From positions 32,001 through 96,000 of the IMG/VR virus record IMGVR_UViG_3300028377_000005: a stretch of 64,000 nt of DNA, one strand, 5' to 3'. Positions within the stretch are counted from its first letter, which is position 1; each line of letters starts with the position of its first letter. The notes beneath the pieces were generated by a model. That model was not told the DNA's origin, did not search any database, and saw only the letters and a list, made by a program, of their open reading frames with translations. The position numbers were made by a program, and so were the translations under genes. Shown here in pieces: positions 9,529-20,503 of this stretch. This DNA comes from a virus.

Positions 9529-9962
9529 GCGAGATCAGTTTTGATGATCTTTTCACGGCTCCCGAACCCAAAGTTATGGGCGTCGTAGGTTCGCGAGAAT
9601 GGCCCGATCGTGATTTTGTATTTGACACGATCACGTCTTATCTGGAAAAATACCCTACGGTAGATACGATCGTCTCAGGCGGTCAGCCTCTGGGTGTTGA
9701 TGGTTGGGCAAAAGATTACGCCGAACAGCACGATATGGGTTATATCGAACACCCACCGGCGCACTGGCTGGATAAAGACGACCCACGGTATCGGCCTTTC
9801 GCCTACAGTAACTATTTCGAGCGCAACACTTTGATTGCCGATGATGCGGATGTGCTTTTGGCCTTTTGCTATCAAGGGTCAAACGGGACTATGGACACTT
9901 TCAAAAAGGCTCGGCGTCGGATCAAGAGGCGGGCCAACCTTTACACGGAAGACGATTTATGA
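9525..9962 (+). CDS. SLOG-superfamily (YspA/DUF2493-like) protein
   Basis: VVGSR, IVSGG..GVD, ERNTLIA and SNGT motifs. Confidence 0.8.
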   Translation: MSEISFDDLFTAPEPKVMGVVGSREWPDRDFVFDTITSYLEKYPTVDTIVSGGQPLGVDGWAKDYAEQHDMGYIEHPPAHWLDKDDPRYRPFAYSNYFERNTLIADDADVLLAFCYQGSNGTMDTFKKARRRIKRRANLYTEDDL

Positions 9963-10204
9963 AACAGACGCGAGCTTTGGTGACGTTCACGATTGACGAC
10001 TGTGTTGATCTACCCGATGAATACCTCGAAAAAGGGCAAGAGGATGTTTTGCGGGGCGCGGTACTTAACCATTTGGAATACCCTTATTTGGAAGTCGTTA
10101 GACGTGCTTCCCACGTATGCTTTGAAACCCCGGATGGCCGTACCCTCGGACTTAAAAACCGAGCGGACCTTCCCCAGACCCTAGACAAAGGAATGATCCT
10201 ATGA
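9959..10204 (+). CDS. Hypothetical protein
   Basis: ATG at 9959 overlaps upstream TGA; ATGA overlap downstream. Confidence 0.6.
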   Translation: MKQTRALVTFTIDDCVDLPDEYLEKGQEDVLRGAVLNHLEYPYLEVVRRASHVCFETPDGRTLGLKNRADLPQTLDKGMIL

Positions 10205-10509
10205 AAGAATTGACACAATCTGATTACGAAGAAATGGTAGGCAACAGTGAAGGAATCGTAGTGATCGATTTCTGGGCCGAATGGTGCGGACCTTGTAAGG
10301 TCGCCTTGCCTAAGCTCGAAGCCTTGTCGGAAGATTTTGGTGACGACGTGGCTTTTTACAAGGTCAACGTGGATGATGAAGGTGCGTTGGCTGCACAGTT
10401 CAGCGTCCGCAGCATCCCGACCTTTGTGGTGCTAGTGGATGGTGACGTGAACGAAACCATCATCGCCAATGTGGGTGAGCTTAAAGACCACCTTGAAAAT
10501 CTAGTATAG
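10201..10509 (+). CDS. trxA: Thioredoxin
   Basis: DFWAEWCGPCK active site, KVNVD, VRSIPT. Confidence 0.95.
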   Translation: MKELTQSDYEEMVGNSEGIVVIDFWAEWCGPCKVALPKLEALSEDFGDDVAFYKVNVDDEGALAAQFSVRSIPTFVVLVDGDVNETIIANVGELKDHLENLV

Positions 10510-10520
10510 GAGTAGTTGTT

Positions 10521-10853
10521 ATGTCAAAGTTAAAAGATCCGGTACGCCGTTTGCACAAAAGAACAGGTACTGATGCCGAGATATTTGAAAGAGAGGACCT
10601 CGTAGTTATATGCGGACATGTGAATGTAGCCGTTCGCAAAGCAGAGTATGATGAAGACGGCGAAGTTATTCAGTTAGAGGGTCCTGATCAATTCAACCGA
10701 ACAACGGTATTAGAGCCCTCAGTAGATCATGAGGGTCACATAAGAAAGGGTTTCCGGCTTTATAATGATAGGGGCCGCCTTACTATGATATGGAGAGGTA
10801 CTTACCTACATGTCCATGATGAGCACGGCCACATCCCCTACGACGATATTTAG
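10521..10853 (+). CDS. Hypothetical protein
   Basis: AGGAG RBS, 110-aa ORF. Confidence 0.65.
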   Translation: MSKLKDPVRRLHKRTGTDAEIFEREDLVVICGHVNVAVRKAEYDEDGEVIQLEGPDQFNRTTVLEPSVDHEGHIRKGFRLYNDRGRLTMIWRGTYLHVHDEHGHIPYDDI

Positions 10854-10873
10854 CCTGCTCGGTACTCCATTTG

Positions 10874-10906
10874 TGCCCTGCCCCTTACAGTAGAGGCAGG
10901 GCATTT
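10874..10906 (+). terminator. Hairpin, probable terminator
   Basis: TGCCCTGCC...GGCAGGGCA inverted repeat followed by TTT. Confidence 0.45.
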
Positions 10907-10927
10907 GCGTTTAGGTAGGTATTTAGT

Positions 10928-13900
10928 ATGAGTGTTCCCTTCGACGGCTTCGTTCTTCGCAAGCCTCGCATCGCAGCTTCCAACAGTCCGTTCACGGCGG
11001 AAGGCGACGTTTTTGTTCGCCAACAGGATCGCTCTACCTACCTCACCAATTTCGTGAACAATAGTAGTGCGCCTACGACCGAATATTTGGTGCAAGTCCA
11101 CGAAACCGCTGACTTGGTGGTGCCTTCTGAGATCACGGAGACCGCGAAGAAAGTAAGCGAATGGGTATACCAGTTTAACAGCGAAGGCCGGGCTATTGAG
11201 TCGGTTTCTAGTGTGACTCCTACCCCGGATTCGACCGATGCACAGTCCGGGTTGGTCAAGTACAGTAGTGATCCGGGCCAAGACGTCGTGGTCGTGTGGG
11301 AACCTGCCCGCCTCAAGATCAACTGGACCAAAAACGACGAGCGCACACGTTTCGGATTCGATGACCGTTTCCAACGATGGACCCCACTTCCGGGCGGTGC
11401 CCCCGAGAACCTCGGCACCCTACCTGACACTCCGAACGGACAGACGCCCCTAGCTCTGCCAGTGGTGGAGGGCGGCGAACCCCTTGTGGTGATCGGTACA
11501 CCCGACCAGAATACAGGCACAGTGGTACCGGTCCCGGAAGCGAACCGCCTGACTGACGGGCAATTTCAAGCGTACATCAACGGTACCTCCTCGGTCCCCA
11601 GCGGCGAAGCGGTCCTGAACGTGGACAACGGGACCGTCCTCTTTGCTAATGATCTGGTCAATACCTATCTGAGCCAACCGGTTTACTTTTACCGGAAAAA
11701 TTTCTTCGCTTACGACGCTTCGACCGGCCAGATCGGTCATGTGGGCGACGCACTTTACATGAACCCTATCCCGGACGCTACGGAGGTGCCCCGTATCCGG
11801 GTCAAGTATCGCACGTATCTCCGGGGTGAACAGTCGACTTCAACAACCACGCCGTCGACCGGTTACGACTTCGTGTGGAACCCCAACACGGGAGCAGTCC
11901 ATCTTGATAGCTCGGTGGAAGCTGACTTTGAGGGCGAGGCCATCTATTATGATGGGGTCTTTTCAAATGCTGATCCTATCGAAAGCTATGCCCACACGAA
12001 TCTAGGGTCGATCGAAGATGCGAACCCTTTTACCACGGCGGGCCTATCAGACATCGATTTCACTGCTTACGACCACGATAGCATCATCCTGTACGTCACG
12101 GAGACCGGTGAAGCTATTCGTGATCTTGAATTCGTAGAGGACACCGGCGACTTTACCGATTCGCTCAACTTGCCGTCTACCAAGGCACAGGTGGTCCGGT
12201 CGGGTACCGACGCGGGTAAGATCCAGTTGTCGCACACTTTCCGTAGGGAAAAGGCGGACAATAACTATTCGCTGTCCGTGGGAACAAGCGACTTCCCGGT
12301 GGAGAAAGGTATTACTTTTCGCATGGAACAGTCCCCGGTTGATCCGACAAACAACCGTGGCCTCCCGGACGGAAAAGGAGTGTCCCGTGTGGCCAATGAA
12401 ATCCTGTCTACAAGTCTACCGGCAGGTCCGTCTTTCCTCTTGAATCAGTTGCCCCTACAAGACGTGGCGGGCTATGACGACAATGTGTTTTACCAGCTAG
12501 AGCAGGGAGCCAAGCGTAAGATCCTGCAGCCGGGCCTCGATGTGATGTATGACTTCGACAACCGGCAGCTTCAGTGGGCGCAGCAGGCTTCCCATAGTTC
12601 GGTGATCCCAAGTAGCTCGTACTCGGTCCAATTACCGCACCAAATTATCCACAACGAAAACTATTCGTTTGAACTCAATGAGGGTGGGGGCTTTGTTCCG
12701 CTGGAACCAGACGATGACGTGCTCATCAATTTCGACACGGGCACCATCACATTCATTGAGGACGTCGGAGACGTACTTTTCGAAGACATTGGAGTCCTAA
12801 CCAACCCTGATACGCTCCAAGCCGCTACGGCCAATCTGAGCGGCCTTACAGTCCCTTCTGACTCTCTGCGAGCGCCCCTTCTCCTTGTCGGCGAAGATGC
12901 TTATCGCATCGTGTCTACAACAGCGAATACGGTCACGGTCGATCGGAACATTGACCTGTCGGGAAACATCACTGAATTCACGATCATAGAGGTGCCCGAA
13001 ATCGTGTTCCGCTATGCGATGCAATCGGTGGACCTCCGGGAACGTACCGTGTTTCCGTATGTCGTTTCAGATGTAGACACGCACGCCCCGGACGGTGAAG
13101 CCCTTGAATTCGTTTCGGACGGGTCGGTAGTGCCACATATACTCCTTGAGCCGGAAACCCTCGGAGCCCTTGGGAGTACGATCACCCTCCCAGCCTATTA
13201 TCAAGCCTCGGAAGCCAACTATCGGATTTTCCGCGAAGGCGTAGAGTTGTTTTTCACGACCTCATCCCCCAACACAGGGGAGTATTCGCTCAGTGGAAAC
13301 ACGCTGGTGTTCAACAGCACCGATGAAGCCGATAACGTGGGGACCGACATTATTCTGGACCCTGACCTCAGTAGCACGAGGAGTACGGGTCCTATCGAAG
13401 TGCTTGTTTCTTCGCGTGAACTTAATGTCCCTACGGACCTACAAGGGACCGACCTTGAAGTGCGTGCTCTGGTACCAGAAGATCAGTATACCCTCCAAGG
13501 TTTGGTGCTTTTCCTTGATAAGCCTTTCCGGTCGGGACAGCGGTTGTTCGTGCGGTATACGGATAGCGACGGCACCGAAATCGAAGAGGATGTTGGTTTC
13601 AGGGTCGTCGATACCCTCGGAAACGTGGGGTCCGGTGCCTCCGACACTTTCGGTGCCGGGCGTACCGTTGACCTCCAGCGTCCTACTCAGGTGCTTGTTA
13701 ATGGTGCGCGTAGTGCCCTCGAAATCAATACCACTACGAAAACTGTATCCCTAGATTCGGTGCGGAGAGGGCGACGGGTGCAGGTGTCTTACTATGCACT
13801 CGATGCTGATGGCGGGGAGACGACGGTATCACTTTTGGAACGTCCGATGGGGTCCCCTGTTCTATTTGAAGAGGGAAGTACCCAGACGTTCAGGGGTGAT

Positions 13901-16900
13901 CATACAGATGTGCTTGAAGCGGATGTGTTTTTGCAGGCGAACGACCAGAGCTTCACGGTATTGGCGGCGGCTTATAACTCCACGACAAATGAAACGACGG
14001 TAGAGGTTTCACCGGCGGCCACCGGAGCTTTGCGCAACCCGAACGTGCTGGTATCGACAACACCCATCACGAACACCGAAACGGTGATGGTAGAGGTTGA
14101 GGATAATAGCGCCGGGGAACAACAGCTTCGGTTGATTGGGAACTTTACGGACAAGATCAGTGAGTCTAAGATCATCTATTTGGACGACGACCCCTATTAC
14201 GTGCAGGGCGCGGAGTTCAACGAAAACAGTGGCTTCACGAGGGTCACTCTGGCGTCTGCCTTGATGCAAGAGTATACGGATCCTACGGTTGTGGTATCTA
14301 CCTACGAGGTCTATGCCCCCGAAACCCAGATCCTACATGCTTCGAAATTTGGTATCCCGGAACGCACTGTTCGTCTGGTACGCTTTGATAAAACAGGCAA
14401 CGGGTCTGTTTTGGAAAAGGATTTCGCATATACGTTCGAAGCGGGTGGGCGTATCATCCTCGAACCTACAGTTACGACCCCGCCAAATCCCGAAGAGGTG
14501 TGGTACCTCGCTTACACGGCATTGCGTGAAGTGGGGCCACGATCTATCGCCGGGCAAACGTTCTTGCCCCGGTTCAAAGCGTCGTACACAAGACGGGTTA
14601 ACGCCACGGAAGATAACGGTATCAAAGGGGCTATGCTCCGGGCGTCGTTCGATTTTTCGTCCCCCGACACGTTTTATTTCAGGGCCGTGCGTATGGAGGA
14701 GTACGCCTTTGAGGTGGCCGAAGAGATCAACTCCAAGGCCAGACAGAGCGCCCCTTCGGGAGGGCCTGTCTTGTCCACCGCGCAGAGTCAAGACCTGTTC
14801 AAGAAAGGTAATGAAGGCTTGATTTTCGAAGGTGGTAACTTGCGGGACCAAGACCGTGCAGGTCGGGTGTTCCTAGAATTCTACAACCAGATCATCCTCA
14901 AGTTCGAAGAGGTCTTGGAAGTTATCGACGGACGGGTGGTGGGTGACCGTGACAGTAAGTTTGTTTTCCGTTTGCGTAATGACAACACGCCGGGCGGTAT
15001 TGACCCTGTGACGGGAGAACTCATCCCGTTCTACGCCAACCCGCAAAGCCCCGGCACCAAGCCCACGCCCACAGAGATCGCCAACACTAAAAACCTTTCC
15101 AGCCAGATGGGTGCCGTCGAAAATTACATCGACGACCTTGTGATGGTGAGCAAGAAGCCTTTCAAGCTGGAGATCGGGTTGCCCCTCGATTTCAAGTTTC
15201 AGGGGACTTTCAGGCCGGTATGGAAGCCTTCGAAATTTAGCCGACTGTACCCGGAGCAAAAGCAAAGTTTCTCGATCACTGTCCCGCAAATAGACGGGGA
15301 CCAGGAGTATGAATTCCCAGATGATTTCTTACATATCTTGGCGGACCCCCAACAGGAAAGCATCCTTTCGCTTGAAAACGTCCGCAAACGTGCTGCCAAA
15401 GCCCGTGTGCGGGAAGGTGGAACTTTCTCAGCTTCCACAGGTGATGTGCGTATCCATGTGGCGATGGAGTACGATCCGGTTACTGGCGATTTCAGTAACA
15501 CAACCTACGATCCCACGGGACCCGTACCGGAACTGTATATCCCGGCCTTTGAAGTGGGCGACCACGTGAACCTTGGCCGGGTGACTTATTCGGTTTCAGG
15601 TGGTGTGATTGACCAGACGACTACCCTCTACGGACAGAACCTCATTGTTGCTGCGGTAGGTGCCGATTACATCGAAGTCAGCACGAACCCTGAAAATGGC
15701 AACTCAGATTTCAACGATCTGACGATGACCGACGCAACGACCTTGAGTCCTCAGAAAGGGGACACGATCTATACAGTGCCCCCGGTGGCGGATTCGGGGT
15801 TTGTACTCGGGGAAAGCACGCCGCCATACTATCGAACGCCCCTTGACATGTTCGTCAATTCATCGGAAGGCGAATTGATCAACACAACGCTCCCCGGCTT
15901 CATTGCGAAGCTGTTAGGCCAGTCCCCTATCAGTCCGGGTACATTCCTCGACATGACGGTGAATTTCCGCAATCAACGCACAGAACCGTTTAGATTCCCG
16001 GCACTTGACGGTGGTGTGGTAGACGACGATGGTGATCAGCCGCCGCCGTTTGTTACCCCATTCAAGGACAGTGAGATCCAACGTCTCAATGCGGAGTTAG
16101 TCGCCAACCAGACGGTCATAGACGACACCGATGGTGGCACAGTAATCGAAGGCACCCTTGTCGATGCTGTGACCCTTTCGGTATCTACCGACCTGACAGC
16201 AATCGCTAACCCACCGGACGAGTTCGATCTTGTGGTGGCGGATAGCATTACGGAATTAGGCGACTCAGTAGAGTTCGATGTTGGTAGCATTGATCCGTCC
16301 AATGTGCGTTTGGCGTCCTTTGTGACCCCGGATACCGTGAACTTCACGGTAGAGAAACTTTATGAGGGTACAGATGGCGAACGCGATACTGTAACTACGA
16401 GGTGGAATGACGGTACCAAAGACTTTACTGATTTCAGTGGTTTCGATACGATGACCCTCCACGTTTCAGATGGGGCCGGGGGCTATAGCGCATACGATGT
16501 GGATTCAGTGTTCGATGGGTATCTCATAACGTCAAACCCGATCGCTGAATCTGGACCCACCGACTATTATCTGTCCCTTTCAGATAGCGGCAGCATCCCG
16601 GCTACCATTGACCGGATCAACTCAACGGGCATTGATTTCAGCGATGCTACAGGTGATGTGACGGTAAGTGGTGGTGGTCCCAACAATGGGACCTCGTACA
16701 CAGCTAAAGGTGGTGGACCCGGATTTTTGCATATCGAAACGATCCCTTTAAGTATCGGGGATCAGGTCGTCATTGGTATTTCCAATGCTTCGGTCGTCGC
16801 TTCGGGTACGGGTTCGGTGGACGCCGCAGGTTCGGTGATGCAAACCGCCGATTCTGTCGCCAATATTGAGCCGGGCCAAACATTGATCGTGGGTTCGAGT

Positions 16901-17896
16901 ACAGTCAATGGTGGGCGCTACAAGGTATCTTCGGTTGATGATTCAGGTGCGGTCAACACGATCACAATCGAAGAGACGTTCTATTCGCCGCTGGGTGATT
17001 CGGGTCTCGCCAATTACCCAATGTCTTGGAGGGTAACAAGGCCGCGCCGCTTTGCCCCTGAAATCGACGCTTTGCGTGATGAGTTGGTGGAGCAACGTGT
17101 CACCTATACTTTGAATTCGGATGCGCCAGTGGACATCCAGCCGCTCTTGACGGCAACCTCTGGCAACCCGTCGACCACTTTGAAAGAGCGGTTGACGGAT
17201 TTGCGCGAAGTTCTTTTCGGGCCGCCCATCCTTTCAGTGACGGGTGGGGATGCTGTTGCTTCCGTTACGGGATTCGAAGGTGCTGATTTCGTAGCCGAAG
17301 ACATAAGGCAGGGTGATATTGTCGTGGTCGAAGAGGGGATCAACCGTGGTTTCTATACGGTAGCCTCGATAGACGACTCGGTGTCTCCGCAACAGTTGAT
17401 CGTGTTCGAAAACAACAGCTACACCACTTATGTCCTGTCGAATGAGGTCGGTGTAGACTTCGACATTTACCGAAGCGACGTGTTGCAGCCAAGGTCTAAC
17501 CAGTTGGTATTGTATGAATATTTCAATGTGTTTGAGGTCATCGAACGGATTGATGATGGGATCAGGATGTGTACCCATGACCCCCTCAACCTTTTAGGTG
17601 CGTTAGGTGCGTTAACCGAACGTCCGGGCGACCCTGCGGATTACACGCTGTTGGATCACCAATCAGAGGTGAACGACCGCTTTAGTTGGATTCGGGACGC
17701 CAGCCCTGACTTGCGACAAGAGATCGTCGCTCTCTTGAAAGGGGTGGAGGCGCTCTATGACATTCGGTATGCGTGGATTGATTTCCGCACGAACCTCGAA
17801 GATGGAACGTTAGCGAAAATCGAACGGTACAAAAGCAATTTAGCGAAACGCAAACGTAAGCGGAAGCGCGAACTCACCAAGTTACTGTCGAGTTGA
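10928..17896 (+). CDS. Very large virion structural protein (baseplate/tail associated), 2322 aa
   Basis: Long beta-rich acidic ORF inside the baseplate module; no enzymatic motifs recognised. Confidence 0.7.
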   Translation: MSVPFDGFVLRKPRIAASNSPFTAEGDVFVRQQDRSTYLTNFVNNSSAPTTEYLVQVHETADLVVPSEITETAKKVSEWVYQFNSEGRAIESVSSVTPTPDSTDAQSGLVKYSSDPGQDVVVVWEPARLKINWTKNDERTRFGFDDRFQRWTPLPGGAPENLGTLPDTPNGQTPLALPVVEGGEPLVVIGTPDQNTGTVVPVPEANRLTDGQFQAYINGTSSVPSGEAVLNVDNGTVLFANDLVNTYLSQPVYFYRKNFFAYDASTGQIGHVGDALYMNPIPDATEVPRIRVKYRTYLRGEQSTSTTTPSTGYDFVWNPNTGAVHLDSSVEADFEGEAIYYDGVFSNADPIESYAHTNLGSIEDANPFTTAGLSDIDFTAYDHDSIILYVTETGEAIRDLEFVEDTGDFTDSLNLPSTKAQVVRSGTDAGKIQLSHTFRREKADNNYSLSVGTSDFPVEKGITFRMEQSPVDPTNNRGLPDGKGVSRVANEILSTSLPAGPSFLLNQLPLQDVAGYDDNVFYQLEQGAKRKILQPGLDVMYDFDNRQLQWAQQASHSSVIPSSSYSVQLPHQIIHNENYSFELNEGGGFVPLEPDDDVLINFDTGTITFIEDVGDVLFEDIGVLTNPDTLQAATANLSGLTVPSDSLRAPLLLVGEDAYRIVSTTANTVTVDRNIDLSGNITEFTIIEVPEIVFRYAMQSVDLRERTVFPYVVSDVDTHAPDGEALEFVSDGSVVPHILLEPETLGALGSTITLPAYYQASEANYRIFREGVELFFTTSSPNTGEYSLSGNTLVFNSTDEADNVGTDIILDPDLSSTRSTGPIEVLVSSRELNVPTDLQGTDLEVRALVPEDQYTLQGLVLFLDKPFRSGQRLFVRYTDSDGTEIEEDVGFRVVDTLGNVGSGASDTFGAGRTVDLQRPTQVLVNGARSALEINTTTKTVSLDSVRRGRRVQVSYYALDADGGETTVSLLERPMGSPVLFEEGSTQTFRGDHTDVLEADVFLQANDQSFTVLAAAYNSTTNETTVEVSPAATGALRNPNVLVSTTPITNTETVMVEVEDNSAGEQQLRLIGNFTDKISESKIIYLDDDPYYVQGAEFNENSGFTRVTLASALMQEYTDPTVVVSTYEVYAPETQILHASKFGIPERTVRLVRFDKTGNGSVLEKDFAYTFEAGGRIILEPTVTTPPNPEEVWYLAYTALREVGPRSIAGQTFLPRFKASYTRRVNATEDNGIKGAMLRASFDFSSPDTFYFRAVRMEEYAFEVAEEINSKARQSAPSGGPVLSTAQSQDLFKKGNEGLIFEGGNLRDQDRAGRVFLEFYNQIILKFEEVLEVIDGRVVGDRDSKFVFRLRNDNTPGGIDPVTGELIPFYANPQSPGTKPTPTEIANTKNLSSQMGAVENYIDDLVMVSKKPFKLEIGLPLDFKFQGTFRPVWKPSKFSRLYPEQKQSFSITVPQIDGDQEYEFPDDFLHILADPQQESILSLENVRKRAAKARVREGGTFSASTGDVRIHVAMEYDPVTGDFSNTTYDPTGPVPELYIPAFEVGDHVNLGRVTYSVSGGVIDQTTTLYGQNLIVAAVGADYIEVSTNPENGNSDFNDLTMTDATTLSPQKGDTIYTVPPVADSGFVLGESTPPYYRTPLDMFVNSSEGELINTTLPGFIAKLLGQSPISPGTFLDMTVNFRNQRTEPFRFPALDGGVVDDDGDQPPPFVTPFKDSEIQRLNAELVANQTVIDDTDGGTVIEGTLVDAVTLSVSTDLTAIANPPDEFDLVVADSITELGDSVEFDVGSIDPSNVRLASFVTPDTVNFTVEKLYEGTDGERDTVTTRWNDGTKDFTDFSGFDTMTLHVSDGAGGYSAYDVDSVFDGYLITSNPIAESGPTDYYLSLSDSGSIPATIDRINSTGIDFSDATGDVTVSGGGPNNGTSYTAKGGGPGFLHIETIPLSIGDQVVIGISNASVVASGTGSVDAAGSVMQTADSVANIEPGQTLIVGSSTVNGGRYKVSSVDDSGAVNTITIEETFYSPLGDSGLANYPMSWRVTRPRRFAPEIDALRDELVEQRVTYTLNSDAPVDIQPLLTATSGNPSTTLKERLTDLREVLFGPPILSVTGGDAVASVTGFEGADFVAEDIRQGDIVVVEEGINRGFYTVASIDDSVSPQQLIVFENNSYTTYVLSNEVGVDFDIYRSDVLQPRSNQLVLYEYFNVFEVIERIDDGIRMCTHDPLNLLGALGALTERPGDPADYTLLDHQSEVNDRFSWIRDASPDLRQEIVALLKGVEALYDIRYAWIDFRTNLEDGTLAKIERYKSNLAKRKRKRKRELTKLLSS

Positions 17897-17898
17897 TT

Positions 17899-18054
17899 AT
17901 GTCTGACGAAAAGCCGAAATGGAAAAAGACTAAGTTGCGCCCTTACAAGGGGTTGGTAGATAAGCTCCAAGAGGTACGGGACAAACTGGTCGAAGAACGT
18001 GATCGTCTGGAAAGGGAAATACAGGAAAAGGAACAAAAACAGGATGATGCTTGA
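17899..18054 (+). CDS. Small coiled-coil protein (51 aa, not in ORF track)
   Basis: MSDEKPKWKKTKLRPYKGLVDKLQEVRDKLVEERDRLEREIQEKEQKQDDA; starts 2 nt after upstream stop. Confidence 0.6.
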   Translation: MSDEKPKWKKTKLRPYKGLVDKLQEVRDKLVEERDRLEREIQEKEQKQDDA

Positions 18055-18250
18055 GGTTTGGTACACATTAAACGAACGCCGGATGGACCTTGTGCTCAAG
18101 AAAGAAGCCACCGGGTTGACGGAAGAGGAGTCGCGAGAGCTTGAAAACCTTCACGAGGTGATCGACTTTTACACCGACTTTTACCAGAAGACCTATCGGC
18201 TTTTAGAATCTGACTTTGACCGACTCGTATCCAAATCGGGAACCAATTAA
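18044..18250 (+). CDS. Small hypothetical protein
   Basis: ATG at 18044 overlaps upstream stop; abuts next gene. Confidence 0.55.
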   Translation: MMLEVWYTLNERRMDLVLKKEATGLTEEESRELENLHEVIDFYTDFYQKTYRLLESDFDRLVSKSGTN

Positions 18251-20425
18251 ATGGCTGAGTGGAAGACATTTGACTTATCAGACGTCCTGCCGGGCGCTGA
18301 GAACCTTGAGGAACTTCAGACGGTAGTCGATGCGCTTGTCGCCGTTGGGGACGTGGCAGTCACCGTTTTGGAAGTCCTGAAAGCATTTTTGGTCGCTCTT
18401 CCGAACCCGGTCAGTGCATCCATTTCATTGCTACTGGCTGAAATTCAGACCATCCTCGATAACCTGCGGGAAACAGGGGCCTTCGGGTTGTTCTTGATCC
18501 CCACTACGCTGGAAGAAGTGCAAGCCTATAAGGGCGGGTATCCCAAGTTCAAGCAACTGTTTTTACAGAGCCTGTTTGACGTTGAAGATCCCAACCGTCC
18601 CCAGATCGGACCGGACGGACACCTTGGAGCATTCTTTTTGTTCGTCAATAAGGATTCGGTTGCTGACTTTTTGCGGCAGGTAATGTCCCTCGCAAACCTG
18701 TTCCGGCAGCCAGATTTACACGTCCAATATCCGCCGCCTATAAACGTAACTGTCGAACCCGCTGATGCTGATGGTGATACAGCGGGAAGTATCATCAACC
18801 TGTTCGAAGAGGATGACGACCTTACGTCGTTGGTCTTTTCATGGGAAGAGCCAAAGTTTTCCCAGAGCCTTTTTTACGATATTTTTGCGAGCAATAAATT
18901 TTACCTTGAACGCTCCAAATCCCGTGAAGGCACCCTCCTAACTCGCGATAAAACTCGGAAAGTACAAGAGAATCCGATCCAAAAGAAACGCAAAGAGGAC
19001 GGCCAAGACTCACAGATCAAGGAGCCGGTGCTTAATCGGTTGGGCGAACCGATTTATGTGTGGGAACCCGCTTTCCCAAACGACCCTTTTTTCAAGTTGG
19101 GTGACGATGACGTTAGTCAGAATTTCATTGCGGGCAGTTATTCGTATGTGATGCGGGACGTGGAAAAGGGGATCGAAAACGGGTATTACTATCGCATCCG
19201 GTCTGTGCCTTCGGATACAGGTTTAAGCTACGTCACAGGGCCAAACGGGGAAACAGTATATACCTTGGTGCGCAACGGTAAAGAGTGGTTAGGGTCACAG
19301 CCCTCCATGCCTGTGTTCGGGCACCTGCCGGATGTGGATACCAGTTTCGACATGCCTACGGCCCTCCTAAATGTTTATCGGGCCGCTTATCTATTGCGTT
19401 TTGATACAGACGCTACCGATCATTCAGATTCGAACCTTTTCATTGGTAGTAGTAGCATCGAACCCGGAATACCTACACGTATTCTTGACGCCGAAGCCGA
19501 GGGTGCTCGTGAACCCGAATTCGTGACTGCGTACAGCGACACACTTATCCAAGAGGACCGAGGCGATATCAATTTCGAAATTCTCGAAGGCGGTCTGTTC
19601 GAAGACGCTGCGGCTATCGAAGATTATGCCACCTCGCGGCGTTACGTATCTGTTGTCGGATCAATCACGTCTTCGGATACACTAGAAAAGGACCCCTTTG
19701 CGGGTGCTCGGGAGTTATTTGATGGTGTTTTTGGTATGTCTCCCCACCAACAATTCAGGATCTGGGTGGACAAGGTAGCCCTTGAACGGGTAGACGAGAT
19801 CTTACCCACCTTGACACAAAACGAAAGCCTGTACGAGATGGTGAAGAGTTTTTACGAGGATGCGGAAAGCTCCATCGTTGACCTCTTGACCTCAGACGGT
19901 TTCAACACGTCCAAAGATTTGATCACAGACGATACAGTCAGGACCAAGGTACATCTGCTGATTCAGACGGTAGATAAATACGTGGTTCTTGGGCAGCCGC
20001 CTAATTGGCAATCACTCCGTCTCTTTGAAGATCTCATCCCGGAAGGCGACCAGTTGCTTGACCGCCTATTTCGTATGATGAAGTCGTTTGAAAACGTGTT
20101 CGCCGACATAAACGCCGCGATTGAGAACACCATTGACGGCTTGCGGGCAAGGCTTGGAATCCTCAACGATATTGTGGATTTCCTTGACACGATCATTTCG
20201 TTTTACGCAAGTCTGGACGCTCTTGACTTTTCGGTGTCGGTGTTGTTCATCCCGCCGAATGTGGGAGGCACTCCGTACTTAGCGCGGGAGTTCATGGAAG
20301 CTGAATCGCCTCCCGATACTTCGCCAGATGATTTCTCTGCGGGTGTGGTCCTTGCGTTCGGTGGCGCTGGACGCGGCGATGTCGAAGCCTCTGAAAATGC
20401 CATCCGGTTCATTTTTGGCCTGTGA
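18251..20425 (+). CDS. Probable virion structural protein (724 aa)
   Basis: Position in baseplate module; FN3-like segment (PPPINVTV...LVFSW...YYYRIRS); helical termini. Confidence 0.55.
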   Translation: MAEWKTFDLSDVLPGAENLEELQTVVDALVAVGDVAVTVLEVLKAFLVALPNPVSASISLLLAEIQTILDNLRETGAFGLFLIPTTLEEVQAYKGGYPKFKQLFLQSLFDVEDPNRPQIGPDGHLGAFFLFVNKDSVADFLRQVMSLANLFRQPDLHVQYPPPINVTVEPADADGDTAGSIINLFEEDDDLTSLVFSWEEPKFSQSLFYDIFASNKFYLERSKSREGTLLTRDKTRKVQENPIQKKRKEDGQDSQIKEPVLNRLGEPIYVWEPAFPNDPFFKLGDDDVSQNFIAGSYSYVMRDVEKGIENGYYYRIRSVPSDTGLSYVTGPNGETVYTLVRNGKEWLGSQPSMPVFGHLPDVDTSFDMPTALLNVYRAAYLLRFDTDATDHSDSNLFIGSSSIEPGIPTRILDAEAEGAREPEFVTAYSDTLIQEDRGDINFEILEGGLFEDAAAIEDYATSRRYVSVVGSITSSDTLEKDPFAGARELFDGVFGMSPHQQFRIWVDKVALERVDEILPTLTQNESLYEMVKSFYEDAESSIVDLLTSDGFNTSKDLITDDTVRTKVHLLIQTVDKYVVLGQPPNWQSLRLFEDLIPEGDQLLDRLFRMMKSFENVFADINAAIENTIDGLRARLGILNDIVDFLDTIISFYASLDALDFSVSVLFIPPNVGGTPYLAREFMEAESPPDTSPDDFSAGVVLAFGGAGRGDVEASENAIRFIFGL

Positions 20426-20503
20426 TCTCTAATCTTGTTGGCCCTAATCTACTTGTAAGCCTACCTCAGTAGAGATTCTCTGTTTGTCTGGCAGGGTAAA
20501 GGT

